DNA from: Betaproteobacteria bacterium
Lineage (GTDB): Bacteria > Pseudomonadota > Gammaproteobacteria > Burkholderiales > SG8-39
DNA: 64,000 nt
Reading direction: 5' to 3'
NCBI GenBank assembly: GCA_016713125.1
Contig: JADJPT010000014.1
Span: 5,083-69,082 of the forward strand
The notes under the pieces are model-generated. The model was not told where the DNA came from. It did not search any database and worked only from the letters and a program-made list of their open reading frames with translations. Below, one piece after another: positions 35,016 to 43,815 of the stretch. Every line of letters starts with the position of its first letter. Position 1 is the stretch's first letter. Position numbers and translations under genes: made by a program.

Positions 35016-37236
35016 GCCTCCTCCAGCAGCTTGCGGTAATGGCCGCCTTTGATCGCCATCAAAGCATCGTGGCTGCCTTCCTCGACCAGGCTGCCTTCCT
35101 CGAGAACCAGGATGCGATCGCAATCGCGCACCGTGCTCAGGCGGTGGGCAATCACGATGCAGGTGCAGCCTCGCCGCCGCAGGTTGCGCTCGAGCTCGGC
35201 CTCGCTGGTCGTGTCCAGCGCGCTGGTCGCTTCGTCGAGGACCAGCACGCGTGGCTTGCCGACCAGCGCGCGCGCGATCTCCAGGCGCTGGCGCTGCCCG
35301 CCGCTCATGTTGCGGCCGCCTTCGCTGACCGAACCGTCGTAGCCCTGCGGACGGCTCATGATGAAATCGTGGATCAGCGCATCCTTGGCCGCGGCAATCA
35401 GGTCGCTCTCGGGAACCGTCGGATCCCAGAGCGTGAGATTTTCCCTGAACGTGCCCTGGAACAGCATGATGTCCTGATCCACCAGCGCCAGCGAGCCGGC
35501 CAGCCTCAGTCGGCTGTAGGCTTCGCGCGGCCGCTCGTCGAACAGGATCTCGCCAGAAAGCGGTGCATACAGGCCGGCCACCAGTTTTGCCACGGTCGAC
35601 TTGCCGCAACCCGAGCGGCCGACCAGCGCAATGCGCTCGCCCGGGGTCGCCACGACGGAGAACTCGCGCAGCAGCGGCTCGTCATTGGGGTTGTAGCCAA
35701 GTTCACGCCGCGCAACTCGATCTTCCCCGACAGCTTGGTCGGCTTTCCATCCACATCGTCCGCGACATGCAGCGGCACACCGCTGGCCAGCGGATCGCGA
35801 TCGTAGTTCAGCACGTCGTCGATGCGCTGCATGTCGCCGCGCAGGTGCTGTACTCGATCCATCAGGCCGACCAGGCCGACCGCCGGCGCCACGAACCCGT
35901 AGACCAGCCCCTGGAAGGCCACCAGCATGCCTATGGTCATGTGACCGTCGATCACTCGCAGCCCGCCCACACACAGGATCAGCGCCTCGTTGGCGAGCAA
36001 CAGGAATGCCGGCACCTGCCGGAAGTACAGCCCCAGGGTCTCCATGCGCTGATGCGCTTCGACGTACTGCGCGAGAAAGCCGGCGAACTTGGCGAAGAAC
36101 CCCGACTCCGAGGCGGTGGCGCGCAGGGTCTCGATCACCGACAGCCCGCTGGCCGCCGTGCCCTGCAGCTTGCCCTGCGCGATCGACAGCGCGAGGCTGG
36201 TTTCCTGGGTGCGCTGCGTGACCAGCTGAAACACGGCAACGTTGGCGATCACCACCGCCAGGCTGAGGAACGAAAGCAGCACGTCGTAGCTCAACATGAC
36301 GGCAAAGAAGAACAACGCCAGCATGCCGTTGACTACCGCGCGGGCCAGATCGCCGGTGATCACGCCGGCCACGTTGTCGTTGAGCATCAGGCGCCAACCG
36401 ATCTCGCCCGGTGCGCGTTGCGTGAAGAATGCATGCGGCAACTGCAGCAGGTGCCAGAAGAATCGGCTGGCCATGGCCAGCACGAGCTTGGTCTGCAGCC
36501 GCAACAGATACCAGCTCTGCAGCCATTTCAGCAGCACCTGCAGGGCTGCGGCCAGCGCCAGGCCGGCCAGCAGCGGCACCACCCAGGAATTCTGGCCGTC
36601 CACCAGGACGCGGTCGATGAACACCGAGGTCAGCACCGGGATCACCAGTCCCGGCACCACCATGAACAGGCCGGCCAGCATCAGGAAAGCGATCGCGGGT
36701 CGGTCGCCGCTCAGTCGCTTGAAGGCATTGCGGTAGATGTTCTCCGACTCCCCGCCCGGCTGGAAATCCGGTCCCGGTTCCATCGCCAGCACCACGCCGG
36801 TGAACGACTGCTCGAATTCGGCATTGGAGACCTGGCGACGCCCCCAGGCCGGATCGTTGATGTAGACCCGGTCGCCGTCGAAGCCTTCCAGCACCACGAA
36901 GTGGTTGAAGTTCCAGAATACGATGCACGGCAGCTTGAACTCGCGCAGGTCGGCCGGCTCCTTCTTGTACCCCTTGGCGAGCATGCCGTAGCCGCGCGCG
37001 GCCTTGAGCACGTTGCTGGCCTTGCTGCCGTCGCGCGTCACGCCGCAGCGCTGGCGCAGTTCCTCCAGCGACACGCGACGTCCGTAATGTCGCAGCACGA
37101 TGGAAAGCGCGGCAGCGCCGCACTCCAGCGCCTCCAGTTGCAGAACGACGGGCGTGCGCACCGGCCGCCTTCCGCCCGCCTTGCCGCGCAGCCGCGACCA
37201 AAACGCGCGCAGACGAGCTGCAAATGCGCTCAGCAT
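35012..37236 (-). pseudogene. NHLP-type bacteriocin export ABC transporter with N-terminal C39 peptidase domain, frameshifted near 35700
   Basis: ORF 35506..37236(-) carries the C39 domain and TMD up to KLSGKIELRGVN. The C39 residues are Cys in LEALECGAAALSIVL, His in NFNHFVVLEG and Asp in YINDPAW. The NBD, GYNPNDEPLLREFSVVATPGERIALVGRSGCGKST...LSGGQRQR...LVLDEATSALD, is in ORF 35012..37201(-). The junction gtgaacttggctac would be in frame as gtg aac ttt ggc tac. Confidence 0.9.
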
Positions 37237-37243
37237 GCGCGCC

Positions 37244-38521
37244 TCACGACAGCCCGAACCAGCGCCGCAGCGCGGGCAACAGAAGGGCCAGGGGACGGCG
37301 TTCGGCGACGGTGATCTCGGCCCTGCACAGGGATCCGCTGCGCACCGCCGGTGGACGCTGCGTCGACGCGGACCAGACGAACCCGCCGTCCGGCCGGCGG
37401 TCGAAGCTGGCGCGCGCGAAGATCGCCGCGCGCTGCCCGGAAAGTTCCTTCAGAAGATTGTCGTTCTGCACCAGCAGGCGCATGCCCGACAGGCTGGCGG
37501 GGTACTCCGAGACCTGTTCGACGCGGGCACGCATGAAGCCGTGTTCCTGGCGCTTCACGTGATCCGGAACGATCTCGACCGCCATCCCCGAGACCAGCAA
37601 CTTGCCCTCGCCGCTGGAAATGTAGATCGCGGCCTCCAGCGACGCAGCGCTGGCACCCGCCTCGGAACTGCGTTCGATCTGCAGCAGGGTGCCGCCATAG
37701 GCCACGTTGGAGCCGTTCTGCGCCTTCACCTCGATCACGCGGCCGGCGTACGGGCTCACCACCGGCGCGGTCTGGCGCTCGATGTCGCGCAGCGCCTCGA
37801 GGCTGCGCCGCGTCTCGTTGACCTGGAACTGCAGCGAAACCTGTTCGCGATTGCGCTGTCGGGCTTCTTCCGCGTTCTGCAGATGGAGCTGCTTGGCGCG
37901 ATCGCGCAAGCGCTCGCGCTCGAGCACCGCACCCGACAAGGCTTCCTCCGTGTCGAGCAGCGCCTGCCGCGTGATCAGTCCTTGCGAGAGCAGGCCACGC
38001 TCGGACCCCAGCCGACGCTCGAAGGCCGCCGCGCGCTCGCCGGCCAGTCTGGCCTGCGCCTCGAGTCCGGCACGCTCGGCCGCGAGTGCGCCCTGGCCCT
38101 GCTCCCCTGACAGGCGAGCCAGGCGTCCCGCCTCGGCCAGGCGCCGTTCCAGCTCCGTAAGGCGTTCCGCCGCCTGCTCGATCTGCTGATAGAGCTCCGG
38201 TCGCAGTACGCGCGCCACTTCCTGGCCCACGCTTACGCGGTCGCCCACCTTCAACCCCAGGCTGGCGACCTGCCCGGCCGCTCCGGCCGCGATCTCCGCG
38301 ACGCCGCCGGGACTGGTGATCACGCAGCGGCCCGCCACCTTCTGCGCCACGCGACCCTGCAGACCCCAGTACAGGGTCGCCGCGGCCACGACCACGCATC
38401 CCGCCCACACCAACGGCCATTGTGGACGGTTCAGGCCCAGCAGCGCATCCAGGCGATCCGGCGAGGACAGCCGTTCGAGGGCGACCTTGCGGAACAACCC
38501 CTCGTTGGGCGGGAGACTCAT
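37244..38521 (-). CDS. HlyD-family membrane fusion protein, NHLP/NHLM-bacteriocin-system type (paralog 2)
   Basis: ORF 37244..38521(-), 425 aa. The N-terminus LFRKVALERLSSPDRLD is followed by a TM segment, coiled coils, and VSPYAGRVIEVKAQNG...VEIVPDHVKRQEHGFMRARV...VRSGSLCRAEITVAERRPLALLLPALR. Confidence 0.85.
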   Translation of the reverse strand: MSLPPNEGLFRKVALERLSSPDRLDALLGLNRPQWPLVWAGCVVVAAATLYWGLQGRVAQKVAGRCVITSPGGVAEIAAGAAGQVASLGLKVGDRVSVGQEVARVLRPELYQQIEQAAERLTELERRLAEAGRLARLSGEQGQGALAAERAGLEAQARLAGERAAAFERRLGSERGLLSQGLITRQALLDTEEALSGAVLERERLRDRAKQLHLQNAEEARQRNREQVSLQFQVNETRRSLEALRDIERQTAPVVSPYAGRVIEVKAQNGSNVAYGGTLLQIERSSEAGASAASLEAAIYISSGEGKLLVSGMAVEIVPDHVKRQEHGFMRARVEQVSEYPASLSGMRLLVQNDNLLKELSGQRAAIFARASFDRRPDGGFVWSASTQRPPAVRSGSLCRAEITVAERRPLALLLPALRRWFGLS

Positions 38522-40179
38522 CGCGGCAAGCCCTGCAGGCGCTGCAAGTCCACGTCGTAACCCCCGGGCGCCGGCAGCACCAGCAGGCCGCTGTCGAACA
38601 GCACCTGCGCAATCAGGGAGGCATACTCCTGGCGCAACTGCAGCAGCGAGAGCTGCGCTCCATCCAGCCGGTCGCGCACGTTCAGAACGTCGATCAGCGT
38701 GGCCAGGCCCAGTCTGCGCTTGGTCAGTTCGTTGCGCACCGAGATCTCGTAGCGCTCGGCAGCCGCCACCGTCTCCCGGTAGCGCGCCGCCGTGCGGCGT
38801 ATCGACGAGGCCGTGGCCGACAGCGCCGGCCCGATCGAACGCTCGAGCTCGCGCACGCGTATGGTGGCCTGGTCGTGCGCGGCGGTACGCGCCAGCAGTT
38901 GCCCGCGCGCGACGTTGTTCTCGATGGGCAGGCGGAACTCCAGCGCCACGTTGAGCGAAGGTTCGGGCCGACCGTTGTTCAGCGCCGGCGCCACCGCCAG
39001 CGAGGAACTTCCCTCGGCCAGGCCGTTGGTCGTGACCCCGGTGATCAGGTCGATCTGCGGACGCAGGTTGTTGTGGGCAGCCACCAGCAATGCCTGTGCG
39101 GAGCGTTCGCGCAGGCGCGCCGAACGCAGGTCGGCCCGCCGCTCCAAAACACCGTCCAGCTGTCCTTCGGCCGCGGCCGCGGCGTCTATCATCGCCGCAT
39201 CGATCGCCGGCAGCGGATCGGCCGCCACGGCGGCGGCGAACACGTCGCGGGCGTCCGCGTTCAGCAGCCGTCCCAGCGTGGTCCAGGCCTGCTGCAGCAA
39301 CTGCTCCTCCGCCACGCGTGCGGCGCGCTTCTCCGATTCGCTGGCCAGCGCGAGGTTGAGTTCGGCCGATGGCACCTGGTCGGCGGCGATCAGTTTGCGC
39401 AGTTCCGCAACCAGTTCCCCGGCGCCCTGCTCGCTGAGCTTGAGAATCTCCAGCCGCTGCACACGCGCGGCAATCTCCCAGTACGACTGGGCAACGGCCA
39501 GGACCACGTTGGCGCTGGCCTGCACGAGATCCTCGCGGGTCGCCTGGAACTCGAACTCGCTGGCACGCAGGGTCGCCGACTGCTGCACGCCGCCGAAATT
39601 GCGCGCCAGCGGGATGCGCAGCCCGAAGCGCAGGCTGCCGGCGGTGGTTCGCGGATTGTTCTGCAGGGCGTTGAGGTTGCTGGTCAGCGCGCTCACGCTC
39701 AGGCCCAGCTCGACTCGCACACCCGATTCGAGCGTGCGCTCCACTCCGGCACGGTATGCCGTATTGCGGTTCACCTCGGTACGCAGTCCCGGATCCGGCG
39801 TCGTCGCCAGCCCGGCGCGCTCACTGCTGTTGAGCGGCCGCTGCGTCAACTCCCGCTCGGAGCGCAACACGAGATCCGTGTCGTAGGCGCCGCGCGCTTC
39901 GAGCACTCCGCCCTGTCCGGCTCGCAGTTGCTGGGCCTGAATCTGTATGTCGGCGTTCTGCGCCAGCGCCCTGCGCACCGCCTCGGACAAGGCCACTCGG
40001 CCACCAAGCAGAGCCCTGGCCGCAGGGGCACCGCGATCGAGCGGCGGAGGCAAAGCGTCGCCATAGCCTCGGTCGGGCTCCTGGGCGCCGGACCGCGCGG
40101 CGCCGGTCAGGGTCAGGGCCAGCAGCAGGAATGTGCCCGCGAGTCTCACGGCCTGAAGCTTCCCCGGGTCACGCGGCAC
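38518..40179 (-). CDS. TolC-family outer membrane efflux protein
   Basis: ORF 38518..40179(-), 553 aa. It has a signal-like N-terminus LAGTFLLLALTLTGAARSGAQE and two TolC-type repeats (LSEAVRRALAQNADIQIQ..., LERRADLRSARLRERSAQ...). The stop overlaps the hlyD start (ATGA). Confidence 0.8.
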   Translation of the reverse strand: MPRDPGKLQAVRLAGTFLLLALTLTGAARSGAQEPDRGYGDALPPPLDRGAPAARALLGGRVALSEAVRRALAQNADIQIQAQQLRAGQGGVLEARGAYDTDLVLRSERELTQRPLNSSERAGLATTPDPGLRTEVNRNTAYRAGVERTLESGVRVELGLSVSALTSNLNALQNNPRTTAGSLRFGLRIPLARNFGGVQQSATLRASEFEFQATREDLVQASANVVLAVAQSYWEIAARVQRLEILKLSEQGAGELVAELRKLIAADQVPSAELNLALASESEKRAARVAEEQLLQQAWTTLGRLLNADARDVFAAAVAADPLPAIDAAMIDAAAAAEGQLDGVLERRADLRSARLRERSAQALLVAAHNNLRPQIDLITGVTTNGLAEGSSSLAVAPALNNGRPEPSLNVALEFRLPIENNVARGQLLARTAAHDQATIRVRELERSIGPALSATASSIRRTAARYRETVAAAERYEISVRNELTKRRLGLATLIDVLNVRDRLDGAQLSLLQLRQEYASLIAQVLFDSGLLVLPAPGGYDVDLQRLQGLPR

Positions 40180-40191
40180 GGCCTGCGACCC

Positions 40192-40740
40192 CTACTGGGC
40201 CAGCGTTTTCAGCAGTCGTTCGAAGCGCAGGCCGGCGTTGTAGACGCCATCCAGCACCTCGTCATCCAACTCGTCTTCCAGGCCTTCGGTATCCGCCGAC
40301 GCGGCGCCGGCGGCATCCTGGGGCTTGCCGTAGCCCAACGTCGTCATGGTGGAACTCATGCGATCGGCCAGGAATATCGCAAGCGCACGATAAAAGCGCG
40401 CCGCAAACCCATGGTTGCGTTTCAGCTGTTCGCGCAAGGCGCGCTGCGGCACGGCGAGCACCGTACAGGCCTCCTCGACGACCACCGAGGCGGTCGGCGG
40501 CCGCGAGGCGACAAGGGAGATCTCGCCGAGGATCTCGCCCACGCCGACCTTGGCCAGCTTGAAGCCGCTGGGCAGCACGACGGACAGGCTGCCGTCCGTC
40601 ACGATGTACAGGAAATCGTTCTTCTCGCCGCTGCGAATCAGCACTACGCCGGGCGCATGCTTCTCGCGCTTGCCGGTCCGCGCGAGCCACTCCACATCTG
40701 CGTCGTCCAGCTGTCCGAGGATGTACAGGACCTTGCGCAT
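40192..40740 (-). CDS. cyclic nucleotide-binding (CAP effector) domain protein
   Basis: ORF 40192..40740(-), 182 aa. The sequence GVVLIRSGEKNDFLYIVTDGSLSV...VGVGEILGEISLVASRPPTASVVVEEACTVLAV fits the cNMP-binding beta-roll / phosphate-binding cassette pattern. No DNA-binding domain follows. Confidence 0.8.
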   Translation of the reverse strand: MRKVLYILGQLDDADVEWLARTGKREKHAPGVVLIRSGEKNDFLYIVTDGSLSVVLPSGFKLAKVGVGEILGEISLVASRPPTASVVVEEACTVLAVPQRALREQLKRNHGFAARFYRALAIFLADRMSSTMTTLGYGKPQDAAGAASADTEGLEDELDDEVLDGVYNAGLRFERLLKTLAQ

Positions 40741-40749
40741 GGGCGAACC

Positions 40750-41016
40750 TCAGTCGTCGCCGTCTTCATCGTCGTCATCGTCGCCAACCTCATCGGCACG
40801 GACGATGCCTTCGAAACCCTCCAGATCATCGCAAAGTACGGCCTCGCCGCCGGACCAGACCATGGGCTGAACCGACTGCACGGCGCGGCCGTCTTCGACC
40901 GACTCGACCAGCGCGAAACACATGACCGCGTCCATTGATTCGTCGCCGTCTTCGTAGGTGAAGGACGCGAACCAGCCGTCCGCGGGAAGGATCTGCAGGA
41001 TTTTGTTGCTGCTCAT
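40750..41016 (-). CDS. hypothetical small acidic protein with poly-Asp C-terminal tail
   Basis: Within ORF 40750..41067(-). Start at Met18: MSSNKILQILPADGWFASFTYEDGDESMDAVMCFALVESVEDGRAVQSVQPMVWSGGEAVLCDDLEGFEGIVRADEVGDDDDDEDGDD, 88 aa. It is the first gene of the export operon, 9 nt upstream of the next gene. I do not recognise a family. Confidence 0.5.
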   Translation of the reverse strand: MSSNKILQILPADGWFASFTYEDGDESMDAVMCFALVESVEDGRAVQSVQPMVWSGGEAVLCDDLEGFEGIVRADEVGDDDDDEDGDD

Positions 41017-41115
41017 GGCGGGCTCTCTGTGGTGCGTTCGGGAAACAGTGCCGCAGATTACTCGCAAGCCAGCCGCGCCTCAACCCGCATGGCCCGTACA
41101 ACTGGGCTTGCGGAC

Positions 41116-42282
41116 TCAAACGCGCAGCAAATGCAGCGGCTTGTGCACCCCGTCAATGCCCAGACCGGCCGGCAGGCCCCACCAATGCTGCAGCACGGTG
41201 GCGTAGAGCCGACGAAAGTCCACCGCGAACCGGAGATTGCCGCCCTCCAGGCGGTCCAGCGCCGGCGGAGCGCCGTGCAATCCCCCGCGCACACGGCCTC
41301 CCAGCAGGAAATGTGCCGCCGAGGTGCCGTGATCAGTACCGTTCGAGGCATTTTCCGCCGCGCGCCGACCGAACTCGGCGTAGGTCATGATGAGCGTCGT
41401 ATCCCATCGTCCTGTTTCCAGCAATGCCTCCTTCAGCGCCGCCAGCCCGCCGGCCAGCTCCCCGAGCAGGCGCTGGTGCACGTTGGCCTGGCCGCGGTGG
41501 GTATCGAAGCCGTGCAGCGAAACCCGCATCGCCGCCACCCCGGCCGGGTTGCCCGCCAGCCGGGCAACCGTGCGCATGGCGTTGCCAAAAGCCGTGGCCG
41601 GAAACACGGTGCGCAATTCCGGGGTCTGGCCCAGCCCCGCTCTCGCCTGGGCGATGTCCCCTTCCACCTTCAGCACATGGGCCAGGGCCGGATTGGCCGG
41701 CGCAGAGCGCGGCGCCGCCTGCTGCATGCCCTGCTGGAACTGCTCGGGACGGGCCAGGGCAATGGCACGCGTTGCGCCGCTTGCGCTGGCAAACGGGCCC
41801 ATGTCGTTCGCACCGACCACCACACCATCCGCCAGGAAGCGCGCAGGTACCGGTCGCTTGCCGAAGGCGCTTGCCAGCCAGCCCTCCTGCAGGGTTTCGT
41901 CGCTCGCCGACGCGGTGTCCCAGATTTCGATGGATCGGAAGTGGGACAGATTCGGATTCGGATACCCGAGACCCTGCACGACACCGAGTTCGCCCGCCTG
42001 CCAAAGGGGCAGCAGTGGCGCCAGCGCCGGGTGCAGGCCGGTGCGCTCGTCCAGCTGCAGCACGGTGTCGCGCCGCAACGCGAGACGCGGCCGCAGCTGC
42101 GTGTAGAGCGGATCGGCGTAAGGCACCACGGTGTTCAGGCTGTCGTTGGCCCCCTTCAGCTCCACCAGCACCAGCAGGCGCCGGTAGTCGGGCTCGCCCG
42201 GCGCCTGCGCGCGAGCCGCGGGCGGCACGCTCCAGGCCGCGAGGGTCGCGGCACCGGCGGCAAGAAACTGTCTGCGATGCAT
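41116..42282 (-). CDS. DUF1501 domain-containing protein (Tat-signal, sulfatase-like fold)
   Basis: ORF 41116..42282(-), 388 aa. It has a twin-arginine signal MHRRQFLAAGAATLA, and LVELKGANDSLNTVVPY and GTDHGT are typical of DUF1501. It is paired with DUF1800 upstream. Confidence 0.85.
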   Translation of the reverse strand: MHRRQFLAAGAATLAAWSVPPAARAQAPGEPDYRRLLVLVELKGANDSLNTVVPYADPLYTQLRPRLALRRDTVLQLDERTGLHPALAPLLPLWQAGELGVVQGLGYPNPNLSHFRSIEIWDTASASDETLQEGWLASAFGKRPVPARFLADGVVVGANDMGPFASASGATRAIALARPEQFQQGMQQAAPRSAPANPALAHVLKVEGDIAQARAGLGQTPELRTVFPATAFGNAMRTVARLAGNPAGVAAMRVSLHGFDTHRGQANVHQRLLGELAGGLAALKEALLETGRWDTTLIMTYAEFGRRAAENASNGTDHGTSAAHFLLGGRVRGGLHGAPPALDRLEGGNLRFAVDFRRLYATVLQHWWGLPAGLGIDGVHKPLHLLRV

Positions 42283-42317
42283 GGTCTACTCCCCGGGTTC
42301 GGCAGAGGTTCGGCGGT

Positions 42318-43559
42318 TCATTTGAGCTGATAGGCGGGATCCAGCAGGGTCAAGGACAGATCCCCGCCTTGCCTGCCACGGTCATCTCTGGCCACTCGCT
42401 CGAGGAACTGCCTGCGTGCAAGCAAGGTGCCGGAATTGATCCACGCTTCGCCACCGGGCCAGCCGCGCACGTTGGGCGGCGCAAACAGATCCTGCCCCAG
42501 GCGGCGCAGCAGCATGGCCACGGATTGCGCTTCAACCTGCTGCGGAGAAGCGCGCCGCAAGGTGCCTATCACCAGCTCCACCGGCGACTTCACCAGCACC
42601 GCGCGGTTCTGCGCCGCCCAGAAGTCCTCGCTGCTCCACAGGGCCCTCAGTGCGGCGCGAATGTCATAGTCCGCACCGCGAAAGACCTGCGCGATGCGTC
42701 CCACCTCACCAGCCTGCGGCGCTGGCGAGACGAACTCCTTCCACAGCTTGGCAACGATGAATTCGGCCGTCGCGGGCTGCAACAGCAGCAGGTCGATCAC
42801 GTCCTCGCCCTTGAAGTTGCCGCGCCTGCCGAGGATGGTCTTCTCGCCCGGATCGTGCGCGAACGCCCGCCACAGGAAATCACCGGTGTCCAGGTCGACG
42901 CTCCAGCCGGTCAGCGCACGCGCAGCCTCGCGGATATCGGCTTCCGAGTAGCGCCCCTCGCCGAGCGTGAACAGCTCCATCACCTCGCGGGCGAAGTTCT
43001 CGTTCGGCCGGCCACGGCGATTCGAGGCTGCGTCCAGATACAGCAGCATGGCCGGATCACGTGACGCAGCCCGCAACAGCTCCCGAAAGCTGCCCAGCGC
43101 GTGCGCGCGCAGCAGCGCATTCTGCCGGTACATCAGTGACGGCGACCTGACCTTCTGCAGCGACGAGGTGAAATGGTTGTGCCAGAACAGCGTCATCCTC
43201 TCGGTCAGTGGCGCAGGTGTGTTCAGGAGCTCGCGCGCCCACCAGGCCTTGAGCTCGGCGCCCTTGCGGGCCTGCTCCCGAACGAAAAGCTTGCGCTCGG
43301 CCTCGCCGAGATCGCGCACCTGTCGAGGTGCCGTCCATTCCCCCACCCAGGCTGGCGGCGGCGTACGGGCGACAGTCGCAGCCCCGGCAAGCGCGCGCTC
43401 GATCATCTCGCCACGCGTCAGACGCGCCCATTCGTCGATCTGCGAATCGCCGGCGCCCAGCCCCGTACGCTGGAGAAAATGAAGCGCATCGGCGCGGCCC
43501 GCGCCGGTTGCCAGCGCCAGCGCGGGCATAAGGAGCCAGCACGCCAACAGCAGCGGCAT
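42318..43559 (-). CDS. DUF1800 domain-containing protein
   Basis: Within ORF 42318..43766(-). The start is uncertain: MPLLLACWLLMPALALA at 43559, with an alternative Met at 43649. FWHNHFTSS and NENFAREVMELFTLGEG are typical of DUF1800. Confidence 0.8.
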   Translation of the reverse strand: MPLLLACWLLMPALALATGAGRADALHFLQRTGLGAGDSQIDEWARLTRGEMIERALAGAATVARTPPPAWVGEWTAPRQVRDLGEAERKLFVREQARKGAELKAWWARELLNTPAPLTERMTLFWHNHFTSSLQKVRSPSLMYRQNALLRAHALGSFRELLRAASRDPAMLLYLDAASNRRGRPNENFAREVMELFTLGEGRYSEADIREAARALTGWSVDLDTGDFLWRAFAHDPGEKTILGRRGNFKGEDVIDLLLLQPATAEFIVAKLWKEFVSPAPQAGEVGRIAQVFRGADYDIRAALRALWSSEDFWAAQNRAVLVKSPVELVIGTLRRASPQQVEAQSVAMLLRRLGQDLFAPPNVRGWPGGEAWINSGTLLARRQFLERVARDDRGRQGGDLSLTLLDPAYQLK

Positions 43560-43815
43560 CCGGACCCAGCCTGCCCTTGGAGTGACTAGCGCAACGGACA
43601 AATGAACTCTCCCCGGGTTGGCGCCGCAGGATGGCGACGACAGATGCATTCTGCTGGACCCGGGTTCCGGAGTCTGTGCGAAGTTGTTGCGCAACTGTGT
43701 ACCGAAGCCCCGATTTGTAAGTGCATGTTTCCGCGTATACCGCGATATGTCTCTAAAATGCGTCATGCCGGCAGACGGGAGGACCGGCGTCGATTGAAGA
43801 ACCGGAGCTCATGAA

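Noticed and set aside
43686-43695. A perfect 10-bp palindrome, gttgcgcaac, in the DUF1800 / aldehyde dehydrogenase divergent intergenic region.
   Set aside because: It is short, isolated and GC-rich. There is no adjacent regulator gene or second half-site, so it is indistinguishable from chance without comparative data.
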